Assembly (NCBI GenBank): GCA_046582475.1
Contig: JAYGEH010000233.1
Location: 1-40,204, forward strand
Direction of reading: 5' to 3'
DNA from: Rhodospirillales bacterium
GTDB lineage: Bacteria; Pseudomonadota; Alphaproteobacteria; Rhodospirillales; UBA2165
Length of the DNA: 40,204 nt
Below, piece after piece: positions 28,000 to 37,749 of the stretch. A program made the translations under genes and the position numbers. The first letter of the stretch is position 1. Each line of letters opens with the position of its first letter. Under the pieces are notes generated by a model. The model did not search any database, had not been told where the DNA came from, and saw nothing but the letters and a program-made list of their open reading frames with translations.

Positions 28000-28875
28000 A
28001 TGCCCAATTCCGACTTTCCGCTCGCCGCAATCGACGCCGTCGTCAATCTCCAGACCGAGGAAGCCCTGAGCTACCGGCCATCCGACCGGCGGGAGTTTTA
28101 CCTGCAAAAGATGGGTGTCGATGAAGGCACTTTCTCCGGTATAGAGCTGGAAGACATGCTGCGCCGGATGGATGCGGCCGGCATTGAGAAGGCTTTTCTC
28201 ATCGCCGCCAAGATCGGCCGGCTCGGATTACCGGCGTCATATCAGATCCCTTATCAGGTGGTTGTGGATGCGGTGAAAGCGTACCCGGACAGATTTTTCG
28301 GCCTCGCCGGCATCGATCCCTTTGAAGGCATGGCGGGGGTGCGCGAACTGGAGCGCGCGGTCAGCGAGCTCGGCTTTATCGGCGCCCATGTCTATCCCCA
28401 TTGGTTCGAACTGGCGCCCGACCACGCCAAATATTATCCGTTCTACGCCAAATGCGTGGAACTCGGCGTACCGATCCAGTTGCAGGTCGGCCAATCCCTG
28501 ATCTATTCACCGGCAAACCCGATGCGCAGCGTCGGCCAGCCGATAACGCTGGATGCCGTCGCCTGCGATTTTCCCGAGCTCAAACTGATCGGCATCCATA
28601 TCGGCATTCCCTGGCATGATGAGATGATCGCCATGGCCTGGAAGCATCCGAATGTCTATATCGGCTCTGACGCCCATGCGCCGAAATACTGGCCGCAATC
28701 CTTCGTCCGCTACCTGAATTCCTACGGCCAGGACAAGGTCGTATTCGGCACCGATTTTCCGGTGATCGATTTCGGCCGCGCCATGGATGAGATTGCCGGG
28801 CTCGATCTCAAACCCGAAGTCTTGGCGAAACTCTTGCGCCGCAACGCCGAAAAAATTTACGGTCTGACCGGATAA
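28000..28875 (+). CDS. Amidohydrolase_2 family protein
   Basis: 'YPDRFFGLAGIDP', 'YYPFYAKCVELGVP', 'DFPELKLIGIHIGIPW', 'FGTDFP'. Confidence 0.88.
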   Translation: MPNSDFPLAAIDAVVNLQTEEALSYRPSDRREFYLQKMGVDEGTFSGIELEDMLRRMDAAGIEKAFLIAAKIGRLGLPASYQIPYQVVVDAVKAYPDRFFGLAGIDPFEGMAGVRELERAVSELGFIGAHVYPHWFELAPDHAKYYPFYAKCVELGVPIQLQVGQSLIYSPANPMRSVGQPITLDAVACDFPELKLIGIHIGIPWHDEMIAMAWKHPNVYIGSDAHAPKYWPQSFVRYLNSYGQDKVVFGTDFPVIDFGRAMDEIAGLDLKPEVLAKLLRRNAEKIYGLTG

Positions 28876-28882
28876 AATTCGG

Positions 28883-30592
28883 TCAATCGCCGCAGCTCAC
28901 ATTTAAAACCGCTTGGCGCTTTTCAATGGTGACGGCTTTCAGCGCCCTTTCGAGCGCCGCCGAAATCTCCGCGGGATCTTCGACCTTTTCTCCATAGCCA
29001 TCGGAGGCGGTGACGATGCGTTCAAAGTTCGGCGATGGCTGCAGATGGGTCAGCGGCGCGGCGTTGCTTCGGGCCGCATAGCCATCCGGGTACATCGCCT
29101 GGGTCGCCCTTGCCACCGACTGCCAGCGCTCGTTGTTGAAGATGACCGTAAGAAATGGCAGATCCAGCGCCGCCGCCATATAATGGGCCGATACCGGATT
29201 GGCGAACATATAGGCACCGTCGCCTTCGGTCGCGACCACCAACGTATCAGGGCGGGCGAGTTTCGCGCCGATTGCACCGCCCAATCCCCAGCCGAGGCCG
29301 CTGGCGCCGCCAAACAGGGTGCGCGGATTGGCGCGTTCCAGGAACCTGAGATCGAGCGGCGATTCGCGCAGGACCACCGCGTCGTCGTCGATCACCTGGT
29401 CCAGGCAGTGGCTGAGCCAGACGGAATTGATGGGCGCGCTCAAGGAGCGGCTGGCGAGCAATAGGCGCCACTCGGCGCGTTGCGCCAGCGCCGCCTTTTC
29501 GATACGGGCGCGTCTCGCCGTAACCCGGCTGTCTGCTTCAGGCGAACGGCTATCCAAGGCCGCGAATAGGGCGCGCAAGGATATATCGGCGGCACCCGTA
29601 ATCGCGAAGTCGGCGCGAAAGCCCCGATGCGGCGCGTCCGAATAAAGCGGATCGGCGGCCATGTGGGCGATACGGCACTCCGGGCCAGGCTTTTGCAAAC
29701 GCGGAATCCAGGGGACTTCGCATTCGACCGCGAGGATCACATCCGCTTCCGCGATCCAAGGGCCCGGATCATAACCCAAATGCATTGGGTGCGCCGTCGG
29801 CAAGTTCATGGTACGGGGCCGGTATTGGGTAATCGGGATGGCGAAACGTTCGGCCAGATCGGCCAGAGCCGTCACGGCTTCCGGGATATTTCCAGCCTGC
29901 GAAGTAACGATGACCGGCTTTTCGGCCGCCGCCAGGATATCAGCCAGCGCATCGATGACGTTCAGGTCCGGGTACGGCACCGTCGCATCCGCCTGCTGCG
30001 CCGCCGGGGCAAAAGTAAAATCGGATATTTCCGCCGCCAGAACTTCCCTCGGCAGGGTGAGGTACACCGGCCCCTTGGGCAGCGCGTTGGCAATATTAAG
30101 AGCCCGGTCGACGACCGCCTGCAACTGGCCGGCCTCGCGCAATTCGTAATCCCACTTGACAGCCTCGCGTACCATGCCGGCCTGATCGAACATTTCCTGG
30201 GTCCAGTGAATGTCGATGCTGCGCCCGCCGGCAACGCCTTCCTCGGTGAATGGCGTACGCCCGGCAGCGACCAGCACCGGCAGGTTGAGCCGGTTGCTGT
30301 TCAGGATCTGACACAGCGCATTGGCGGTGCCCACATTGGTATGCACCATGACCATTTGCGGCTTGCCGCTGACCATGGTGTGACCCATGGCCATGGCCAT
30401 GGCGACATTTTCGTGGGGTACGGCAATCGGTTTTGGGGCCGGCAGGCCCAGCGCCGAGGCCTTGGCGAAGGCTTCGATCAGCGGCGTAAAATCGGTGCCG
30501 GCATTGGCGAAGAAGTAATCTACGCCGCGGTCGGCCAGCAGCGCCAGATAGGCGTCCGCGACGGTGCCGGACTCGATGATGCGATTGGACAT
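28883..30592 (-). CDS. Thiamine diphosphate-requiring enzyme (second paralog)
   Basis: 'FANAGTDF', 'PHEN', 'HTNVGTAN', ThDP motif GDGAYMF...FNNERW. Confidence 0.92.
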   Translation of the reverse strand: MSNRIIESGTVADAYLALLADRGVDYFFANAGTDFTPLIEAFAKASALGLPAPKPIAVPHENVAMAMAMGHTMVSGKPQMVMVHTNVGTANALCQILNSNRLNLPVLVAAGRTPFTEEGVAGGRSIDIHWTQEMFDQAGMVREAVKWDYELREAGQLQAVVDRALNIANALPKGPVYLTLPREVLAAEISDFTFAPAAQQADATVPYPDLNVIDALADILAAAEKPVIVTSQAGNIPEAVTALADLAERFAIPITQYRPRTMNLPTAHPMHLGYDPGPWIAEADVILAVECEVPWIPRLQKPGPECRIAHMAADPLYSDAPHRGFRADFAITGAADISLRALFAALDSRSPEADSRVTARRARIEKAALAQRAEWRLLLASRSLSAPINSVWLSHCLDQVIDDDAVVLRESPLDLRFLERANPRTLFGGASGLGWGLGGAIGAKLARPDTLVVATEGDGAYMFANPVSAHYMAAALDLPFLTVIFNNERWQSVARATQAMYPDGYAARSNAAPLTHLQPSPNFERIVTASDGYGEKVEDPAEISAALERALKAVTIEKRQAVLNVSCGD

Positions 30593-30624
30593 TTAAATTT
30601 CCCCGCCGGTCTCTTCGGTTGGCC

Positions 30625-31929
30625 CTACATCAGCCCCCAAGCCCTGGGCAGCCAAAGCGCCGTGACCGGGAACACCAGAACGATGGTCAGGCGGACCAAA
30701 TCGGTCAGGAAGAATGGGATGATCCCGGCATAGATCGTCTTCAGGCTCAAATCCTTGGCGATACCGTTGAGCACAAACACGTTGATGCCGATGGGCGGCG
30801 TGATCATGCCGATTTCCATGATCATGACATTGACCACACCCCACCAGATCGGGTCGTACCCCATGTCGATGATCACCGGATAGACGAACGGCAGGGTGAT
30901 GACCATGGCGGCGACGGTGTCGAAAATGCTGCCCAGGATCAGGTACATGATCATCAGCATAAACAGGACAACGAAGTTGGACGCGTTCAGGCCTTGGATG
31001 AATTGCACCGAGGCGTCGGGCAATCCCGACAGGGAGATGAAATAGCTGAAGATCGAGGCGCCCATGATAATGACGAAGATCATGCCGGTGTTGGACGCGG
31101 TCGAGGTCAGGCATTCGAGAAAGCCCTTCATCTTCATGCCATGAAAGACGGCGAAGATGAACGCCAGGCTGGCGCCGACCGAGGCCGCTTCGGTGATGGT
31201 GAAGATGCCCGAATAGATGCCGCCGGAAACGACAATGGCGATCAGCAGGAATCGCCATGATTTTTTCAAAACAATTAATTTGTCCCACCAGACGATGCGG
31301 TTTCCCGCCGGACCCGATTCGGGGAACAGGCGCACATAAAAGCCGATGGTAAAGCAATAGAGAACGGTCGCGATGGCGCCCGGAAATATGGCCGCGGCAA
31401 ACAGCGCGATAATGCTTTCTTCGGTCAGAATGCCGTAAATGATCATCACCACCGATGGCGGCACCAGCATGCCGAGCGTGCCGCCGGCGGCGATGCTGCC
31501 GCTTGCCAAGGTCTGCAGGTAATTGCGCTGCAGCATTTCCGGCAGGGCGATTTTCGCCATTGTCGCGGTGGTGGCGATCGAGGAGCCGCAAATGGCGCCG
31601 AACCCGGCACAGCCGCCAATCGTCGCCATCGCCAGTCCGCCCCGGAAATGGCCGACTAAGGCGTAGGCCAGCCGGTACATATCGGCCGAAACGCCGGCCT
31701 CGGTAGCGAACGCGCCCATCAATAGAAATAAAGCGACGACCGCCAGGCCTTCATTGGCGATGGCCGCCGAAGGTTCGGTCCCGACCAGGGTGAGCGCCGG
31801 CTCCAAGCCAATCAGAAATGCCACCGCGATCACGCCGGTGACGCCCATGGCGATGCCAATGGGCACATGCAGGATAATCAGTAAGAACATCGCGCCGAGG
31901 CCGATGGCGCCTAGGAGTATGGGATCCAT
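30625..31929 (-). CDS. dctM: TRAP transporter large permease
   Basis: 'GGLAMATI..CAGFGAICGSSIAT', 'IAAGGTLGMLVPPS', 'FTITEAA', 'GMITPPIGIN'. Confidence 0.95.
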   Translation of the reverse strand: MDPILLGAIGLGAMFLLIILHVPIGIAMGVTGVIAVAFLIGLEPALTLVGTEPSAAIANEGLAVVALFLLMGAFATEAGVSADMYRLAYALVGHFRGGLAMATIGGCAGFGAICGSSIATTATMAKIALPEMLQRNYLQTLASGSIAAGGTLGMLVPPSVVMIIYGILTEESIIALFAAAIFPGAIATVLYCFTIGFYVRLFPESGPAGNRIVWWDKLIVLKKSWRFLLIAIVVSGGIYSGIFTITEAASVGASLAFIFAVFHGMKMKGFLECLTSTASNTGMIFVIIMGASIFSYFISLSGLPDASVQFIQGLNASNFVVLFMLMIMYLILGSIFDTVAAMVITLPFVYPVIIDMGYDPIWWGVVNVMIMEIGMITPPIGINVFVLNGIAKDLSLKTIYAGIIPFFLTDLVRLTIVLVFPVTALWLPRAWGLM

Positions 31930-32466
31930 TTAAACGCCCTCTGCCTCTTCTTTCGGCAACCGGCTCGGCACTCTGAACAGGGCGCTGTACAGGCTGTCGA
32001 AGACCACCAGGACCTGGACCGGTACGGTTATCGTCATGATGATGGAGGTGATCCACCACCATGGCGCGACGGGGAACTCAAGGGTCGGCGAGGTTCGGTT
32101 GTTGGCCTGCAAATCCAGGGTGAAAAAATAGAATTGCCAGACCAGAACGGCGAAAAAGACCAGTGTCACCAGGTTGCCGAAAAATTCCAGCCAATAATTG
32201 GTCCGGCCGCCAACGGCTTTGCCGAGAAATCTGATCGTCACGTTGTGATCGCGGATTAAAAGCGCCGGAAAACAGGTGGTGATCACGATGGCGTAGACGA
32301 TTTCACTGATATCCAAAAATCCCGGTATGCGCGGCAGCGCCAGCCACCGGGATACGCCATCGACCATGGTCAACAACGACAGGATGACGAGGCCGGTAAA
32401 ACCAATGCAGGCGACTATGCGCAGATAGTTGCTTAGCCGCCTGCTATTGTGGGTAAAATTGTCCAT
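31930..32466 (-). CDS. dctQ: TRAP transporter small permease
   Basis: 178 aa, four hydrophobic segments, located between dctP and dctM. Confidence 0.88.
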   Translation of the reverse strand: MDNFTHNSRRLSNYLRIVACIGFTGLVILSLLTMVDGVSRWLALPRIPGFLDISEIVYAIVITTCFPALLIRDHNVTIRFLGKAVGGRTNYWLEFFGNLVTLVFFAVLVWQFYFFTLDLQANNRTSPTLEFPVAPWWWITSIIMTITVPVQVLVVFDSLYSALFRVPSRLPKEEAEGV

Positions 32467-32493
32467 TACGAAGACAGGGTTTCAATGTTGCGA

Positions 32494-33504
32494 TCAGCCG
32501 CCTTTTCGGATATCGGCGATAATTTTCCGCGCCGTGTCATAAACTTCTTGGCCGTTCGGCGTCTTCGCAATCCACCATTTGTGAACGTTCGCGTTGGCGT
32601 GCGCGATCAGCTTATCCAGTTCGGCTTTGTTGGGAACAAATTTCTCAATCTTTTGCGCTTGCTTGTTGGACGACAGGATTTTGTCGGAGGCCGCTTTATA
32701 GGCTTTACCGCCGGCACGGGCGATGACATCGCCGCCATGTTTGGAGAACGACGCTTTCGCCGCACCCGACAATCCGTCCCACCGTTTTTTGTTCATCAAA
32801 AGCAGGAATGGGGACGCGCCAAGTGGAATCTCGATCGCCTGTTTAACCAGGTTCATTGCCTTGAAAGTGCGCATGCCGGTCCAACCCTGGATGGAGCCGT
32901 CAATGGTGCCGCGGTTAAGCATGATGGTCATCTTCGGCGCGCTGACCGTCTGGCTGATGGCGCCGATGGATGAAATCCAGCGGCCGCCAACGGCACCGGA
33001 GGCGCTGATTTTAAGCTTTTTGAGATCGCCCATGGATTTGATCGGTTCGCGCAGGAACAGGCTATTGGGCTGTGCCGCCCAGGCGCCGATAAGGTGCACC
33101 TGACCGAACCCCTTCAACAGGCCCTTTTCATAGAGCCGCCAGCCGGTGAGCGAAGATTCCATGGCGTTCTCGAGCATAAACGGCAGTCCGATAACCTGCA
33201 TCTCCTTGAACTGGCCAGGCGTATAACCGGGCAACACCCAGGTCAGATCGGCGACGCCGTTCTTGACGATTTCATATTGTTTGAAAGGGGATTTGCCGAG
33301 GGAGCCGCCCCAAAAACCCTTCAGTGTGACATCGTCTCCGAGATCGGCTTTTACTCGCGCCATCCACGGTTTGATCACCCGGCTGACTCCAACGCTTTTT
33401 GCCGGCACGAAAGTTCCGATCTTAATGGGAGCGCCAGCGGCCATCGCATCACCAGACTGAAACAGCAAAAAAGCGGCTGCTGCCATGAATACTTTCCTGT
33501 ACAT
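32494..33504 (-). CDS. dctP: TRAP transporter substrate-binding protein
   Basis: Signal peptide, 'GGSLGK....YE.VKNGVAD..W..PGYTPGQF', 'LPFM', 'GTIDG'; AAGGAG RBS. Confidence 0.92.
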   Translation of the reverse strand: MYRKVFMAAAAFLLFQSGDAMAAGAPIKIGTFVPAKSVGVSRVIKPWMARVKADLGDDVTLKGFWGGSLGKSPFKQYEIVKNGVADLTWVLPGYTPGQFKEMQVIGLPFMLENAMESSLTGWRLYEKGLLKGFGQVHLIGAWAAQPNSLFLREPIKSMGDLKKLKISASGAVGGRWISSIGAISQTVSAPKMTIMLNRGTIDGSIQGWTGMRTFKAMNLVKQAIEIPLGASPFLLLMNKKRWDGLSGAAKASFSKHGGDVIARAGGKAYKAASDKILSSNKQAQKIEKFVPNKAELDKLIAHANANVHKWWIAKTPNGQEVYDTARKIIADIRKGG

Positions 33505-33618
33505 TTTATAATCTCCTTGGTTTGGGATGATGATTTTTATTGGGATGGAATAGATTTATCCGCCATCAAATTGTCAAGATATATGTTGCAACGGCAAATT
33601 TGTTCGCAATATTTTTAA

Positions 33619-34467
33619 TCAGTTCTCCTTGTCTGCATTCTCATCTTTCAGCGCAAATGCTTCATAGGTGGGACGGTAGCTTTTCTCCTCGAGAAATTGA
33701 TCCAGCCCGCGATTATAGGAATCTTGGGAATCGATCACCCGGATGGCACGGCTTTTTTCCGCCAAATAATCGTAAGACTGATCGAAATCCATGGTCCGGA
33801 CTTTGCGCAAGGCCTGTTTGGTGGCGCGCAAAACCGCGGGACTTTTTTTCATCAGCCTCTCGGCCAGATCGATGGTTTGTTTTTTGAGTTCTTCTTGCGG
33901 ATAGGAATAATTGACCAATCCGATGCGGGCCGCCTCGTCGCCGTCGAACGCTTCGCCGAGACAGGCATAATAAAGCGCATGGCGGGGAAGGATGGCATCG
34001 GCGACCACCTTGGACACCAGCGCGCCCGGCAGAATGCCCCAGTTGATTTCCGACAGGGAAAACGTTGCGTTACTGGCCGCCAGCGCAAAATCGGTGCCGA
34101 GAAGCTGCATGAAGGCGCCGCCGACGCAATAGCCCTCGACCATGGCGATGGTGGGCTTGTCGTAATTGTAAAGCCGGTCCCAGCGCCAACTATTGGCGGC
34201 GCGCTGCGAGCGTTTTCGCTCGTACGCATCGTCTTCCTGTTCGCGGAAGAATTTCTTCAAATCCTGGCCCGAACTGAAATTGCCGCCGGTCCCCATGATC
34301 ACCACGACTTTGGCCGCCGGGTCCATTTCCAAACGGCCGATGGCGTCGTCCATGTCGTAGTGTAGTTCGGGGCTCATGGCGTTCTTTTTTTCCGGCCGGT
34401 TCAGCGCCGTCCAGGCGATCCCGTCTTGAATGTCAACGGTGATGTTTTCGTAAATATAGTCGGTCAT
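33619..34467 (-). CDS. ech: p-hydroxycinnamoyl-CoA hydratase/lyase-like crotonase
   Basis: 'LNRPEKKNAMSP', 'GQDLKKFFRE', 'WRW..L..Y.KPTIAMV', 'LSEINWGILPG.LVSK', 'GLDQFLEEKSYRP' match the HCHL subfamily. Confidence 0.85.
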   Translation of the reverse strand: MTDYIYENITVDIQDGIAWTALNRPEKKNAMSPELHYDMDDAIGRLEMDPAAKVVVIMGTGGNFSSGQDLKKFFREQEDDAYERKRSQRAANSWRWDRLYNYDKPTIAMVEGYCVGGAFMQLLGTDFALAASNATFSLSEINWGILPGALVSKVVADAILPRHALYYACLGEAFDGDEAARIGLVNYSYPQEELKKQTIDLAERLMKKSPAVLRATKQALRKVRTMDFDQSYDYLAEKSRAIRVIDSQDSYNRGLDQFLEEKSYRPTYEAFALKDENADKEN

Positions 34468-34501
34468 CGCATATCCCTCTTTATATGATTCCCATTCACA
34501 C

Positions 34502-35656
34502 CTAGCCGTACTCCCGGAGGACCTGCCGGGCGAGCGCCATTTTAAGGATTTCGGTGGGCCCTTCGGTGATGATAAAGCTTCTTTGGTCGCGCCACATTTT
34601 CTCGATTGGCAGATCGGTGGTTAAGCCCAATCCGCCATGAATTTGCATGCAACGGTCGGCCGCTTCGAAAGATTTGGTGTCGCCGAATATTTTGCACATA
34701 TAGGCTTCGTAACGGAAGTCTTCGCCCTGGTCCGCTTTCCATGCGGCCTGATGGACCATCAATCTCAATTGATGCAGTTCGGTGTACATATCGACCAGCA
34801 TCCATTGCACCGCCTGCCGGTCGGCCAGCGGTTGGCCGAATGTCACCCGTTGCTTGGCGTAGGATGTGCCCAATTCAAGGCAGCGTTCGATGACGCCGAT
34901 GCCCCTGGCGCCGTGGCGCAGGCGGCCATCATTGATCCAGCCTTGCGCGTACTTGAAGCCTTCGCCTTCTTCGCCAATTCTTTGCTGGACCGGAACCCGG
35001 ACATCGTCAAAGGCGATTTCCCAGGGGCGGTCGCCCATCATAGTTTCTTGTTGTCTGAGCAAGGCGATGCCCGGCGTATCCATGTCCACCAAAAATGCCG
35101 AAATGCCGCCGCGTGAGCCTTTCTCGCGGTCTGTCGCCGCGAAGACCTGGGCGAAATCAGCGGTGTCGGCATTGGTGATGAAACGCTTGGTTCCGTTGAT
35201 AATGTATGCATCGCCGTCGCGCACCGCCGTCGTCCGCATGGAGCCGGGATCGCCGCCGGCATCGGGTTCGGTCTGCACGAAACAGGAGGTTTTTTCGCCG
35301 CGAATGACCGGATAGAGATAGGCCTCTTTTTGTGCATCGTTTAGATGAAAAAGGATCGGGCTGACCGGGGGGCCGAAAATGCTGGCGGCTCGGGACGGCA
35401 AGGCGATGGTGCGGCCCAATTCCGCCCAGACGACCGCCTTGGCCAGCAACCCAAGTCCCTGGCCGCCATATTCGGTGGGGACATCGAACAGCCATAATCC
35501 GAGGTCCTGGGCTTTGTCCTCGAGCATGACGCGCATGTCGGGTTTGATGCGGTGGCCGTCGCACACATCGCGCTCGATCGGAATGAGTTCCCGGTTGACA
35601 AATTTTCGGACATTGTCCTTCAAAATCCGAAGCTCTTCGGGCAATTGAAAATCCAT
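34502..35656 (-). CDS. Acyl-CoA dehydrogenase
   Basis: 'QTEPDAGGD', 'INGTKRFITNA', 'YAKQRVTFGQPLADRQAVQW', 'QIHGGLG', 'ITEGPTEI'. Confidence 0.95.
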   Translation of the reverse strand: MDFQLPEELRILKDNVRKFVNRELIPIERDVCDGHRIKPDMRVMLEDKAQDLGLWLFDVPTEYGGQGLGLLAKAVVWAELGRTIALPSRAASIFGPPVSPILFHLNDAQKEAYLYPVIRGEKTSCFVQTEPDAGGDPGSMRTTAVRDGDAYIINGTKRFITNADTADFAQVFAATDREKGSRGGISAFLVDMDTPGIALLRQQETMMGDRPWEIAFDDVRVPVQQRIGEEGEGFKYAQGWINDGRLRHGARGIGVIERCLELGTSYAKQRVTFGQPLADRQAVQWMLVDMYTELHQLRLMVHQAAWKADQGEDFRYEAYMCKIFGDTKSFEAADRCMQIHGGLGLTTDLPIEKMWRDQRSFIITEGPTEILKMALARQVLREYG

Positions 35657-35676
35657 GGCTCTTTAAGACACTTCCA

Positions 35677-37749
35677 TTATTTCCAAACCGGACGCACATC
35701 GACGGCGCGAATGCCATGGCCGTCATCCAAAACCATCAAGGGATTGATCTCCAGATCATCGAGCGCGCCGCGCAAGCGCAAATATATATCCGATAGCGCG
35801 CAAATCGCTTCCGCGGCGGCATCGCGATCACGCGCCGGCCGGCCCCGGAATTTGGCGAACAGATTTTTCGACCGCAGCTCACCGATCATATCCAACGCAT
35901 CATTTTTACTCACCGGCAACAGCCGAAAGGCGACATCTTGCAGGGCTTCGACATGCACGCCGCCCAGTCCGGCAACGACGACCGGTCCAAACTGCGGGTC
36001 ATTGTGAACCCCGGCAATCATTTCCAGCCCTTGGATTTGTTCCTGGACCATAAAACCGGATATTTTCGGCGGCTCGGCAAGGCGTCCGAGACGTTCCAGC
36101 ATTGCCGCCGCGGCGTTCTGAACCGACGTCTCATCCCCGAGATGGATGACCACCGCGCCCAAATCCGTTTTATGGAGCGCATCGGGTGAAACAATTTTCA
36201 AGGCAACCGGAAAACCGATTTGGGCGGCGGCGGCGGCGGCGTCATCGGGCGTCTGGACAATGGCGTATTCCGGCGATCGGATTCCTTGCTCGGTGAGCAT
36301 CTCAAATAGCGCCGCATCTCCGAGCCGGCCAGCCTCACTATCGGGCGCCGGCAACGGCGTGACGCCGCGTTGCAATGCGGCGCTGTAATCGCCGAGCGCC
36401 TTGAGCGCGCGAACATTCTCCGGCAAACCTTGCAAAAACGGCACACCCGCCGCTTCCTGCATGGCGCGGCCCGCATCGGTCACGTTTTGCGCCATGCGAC
36501 CATAAGCGATCACCGGCTTGCCGATTTTCGCAACATCGGCGAAGGCCTCCGGATGGGACTCCTCCTCAGCGCTGATCGGGAGCTGGCCCTGCATGCAGAC
36601 CATATCGACCCCGTCATCGGCGGCGATCACCTGGCAAATTTCGCTGAACAGACCGGGCTGGTTCGATAACCGGGCGCCGGTGTCCAACGGGTTGCCCGGT
36701 TCGAGTCCAGGATCGAGATTGGGGGCCAGTTTGCGCCGGGTTTCATCGGACAGCTCGGCGAGTTCCAGGCCGGCCTCGCTGGCGTAGTCCAGAAACAGGC
36801 CCTTGGCGCCGCCCGAATATCCGGCCATGGCGACTTTTCCGCCGGCCGGTATTTTTCCCGCTTGAAAAGCCAGGCTGGTTTCGATCAGGGTATCCAAGGA
36901 ATGACACCGGATAATGCCGTATTTCCGGCAAACCGCGTTAAACACGTCGTCGTCACCGGCCAGCGCCCCGGTATGGCTCATGGCCGCCGCCTGCCCCTTT
37001 TCGCTGGCGCCGATCTTGACCAGGAGTATGGGCTTTTTTGCTTGCAAGGCGCGTTCGGCAACACGCATGAATGCATCCGGCCGGCGGATTCCCTCGACCA
37101 AGCAGACAATCAGACGGGTCCCTGGATCGTCGACAAAAAAATCCGTGTAATCGGCAATATCAATATCAAGCTCGTTGCCGCTGGACACCGCATAGCTGAA
37201 CCCGAGCCCCCGTGTTGCGGCCTGTCCAAGCCAATATTGAAAGGTTCCGCCGGATTGAAATATCACGCCGGTCGGACCGGCGGGCAGATTGCGCACCCTT
37301 GGCGTCGGATAAAACAGCAAGTTTTCGGAAAGCGACAAGGCCCCCATGCAATTTGGTCCGCAAATGCGCAAGCCAAAGTCCCGGGTGAGACGTTTGATGC
37401 GCTCGCCCCGGGCCTGGCCTTCCGGATCATTGCCTTCACCGAAGCCGGCCGAATATATCAAGGCGCATTTCAACCCGTTCCTGGCGCCGTCTTCGAGAAC
37501 ATCGGCAACCGCATGGGTTGGAACCAAGGTTAGGGCCAGATCCACCGGTTTTGGAATCGATGCGAAATCCGGATAAGCGGTTTGCCCCCACACCGTGCCG
37601 CCGCGGGGATTAATCAAAAATACCTCAACCGGAAATCCATTAATCTCCAGATTTTCATAGATCGTCCGGGCCCAGCCGCGGCCGCCCTTTTCCGAGGCCC
37701 CGACAATTGCAACCGATTTCGGCCGGAATAGATACTGGACCGAATTCAC
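35677..37749 (-). CDS. ADP-forming acyl-CoA synthetase (fused acetate--CoA ligase family)
   Basis: 'PKSVAIVGAS', 'GPNCMG', 'QSGG', 'SSGNE', phospho-His 'SHTGALAG', ATP-grasp 'GFPVALKI...HKTD', 'LEINPL'. Confidence 0.93.
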   Translation of the reverse strand: MNSVQYLFRPKSVAIVGASEKGGRGWARTIYENLEINGFPVEVFLINPRGGTVWGQTAYPDFASIPKPVDLALTLVPTHAVADVLEDGARNGLKCALIYSAGFGEGNDPEGQARGERIKRLTRDFGLRICGPNCMGALSLSENLLFYPTPRVRNLPAGPTGVIFQSGGTFQYWLGQAATRGLGFSYAVSSGNELDIDIADYTDFFVDDPGTRLIVCLVEGIRRPDAFMRVAERALQAKKPILLVKIGASEKGQAAAMSHTGALAGDDDVFNAVCRKYGIIRCHSLDTLIETSLAFQAGKIPAGGKVAMAGYSGGAKGLFLDYASEAGLELAELSDETRRKLAPNLDPGLEPGNPLDTGARLSNQPGLFSEICQVIAADDGVDMVCMQGQLPISAEEESHPEAFADVAKIGKPVIAYGRMAQNVTDAGRAMQEAAGVPFLQGLPENVRALKALGDYSAALQRGVTPLPAPDSEAGRLGDAALFEMLTEQGIRSPEYAIVQTPDDAAAAAAQIGFPVALKIVSPDALHKTDLGAVVIHLGDETSVQNAAAAMLERLGRLAEPPKISGFMVQEQIQGLEMIAGVHNDPQFGPVVVAGLGGVHVEALQDVAFRLLPVSKNDALDMIGELRSKNLFAKFRGRPARDRDAAAEAICALSDIYLRLRGALDDLEINPLMVLDDGHGIRAVDVRPVWK

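Noticed and set aside
27884-28030. Long N-terminus of the CoA ligase in the ORF track
   Set aside because: Overlaps the divergent gene start; the TTG at 27883 has a good RBS and gives a normal length.
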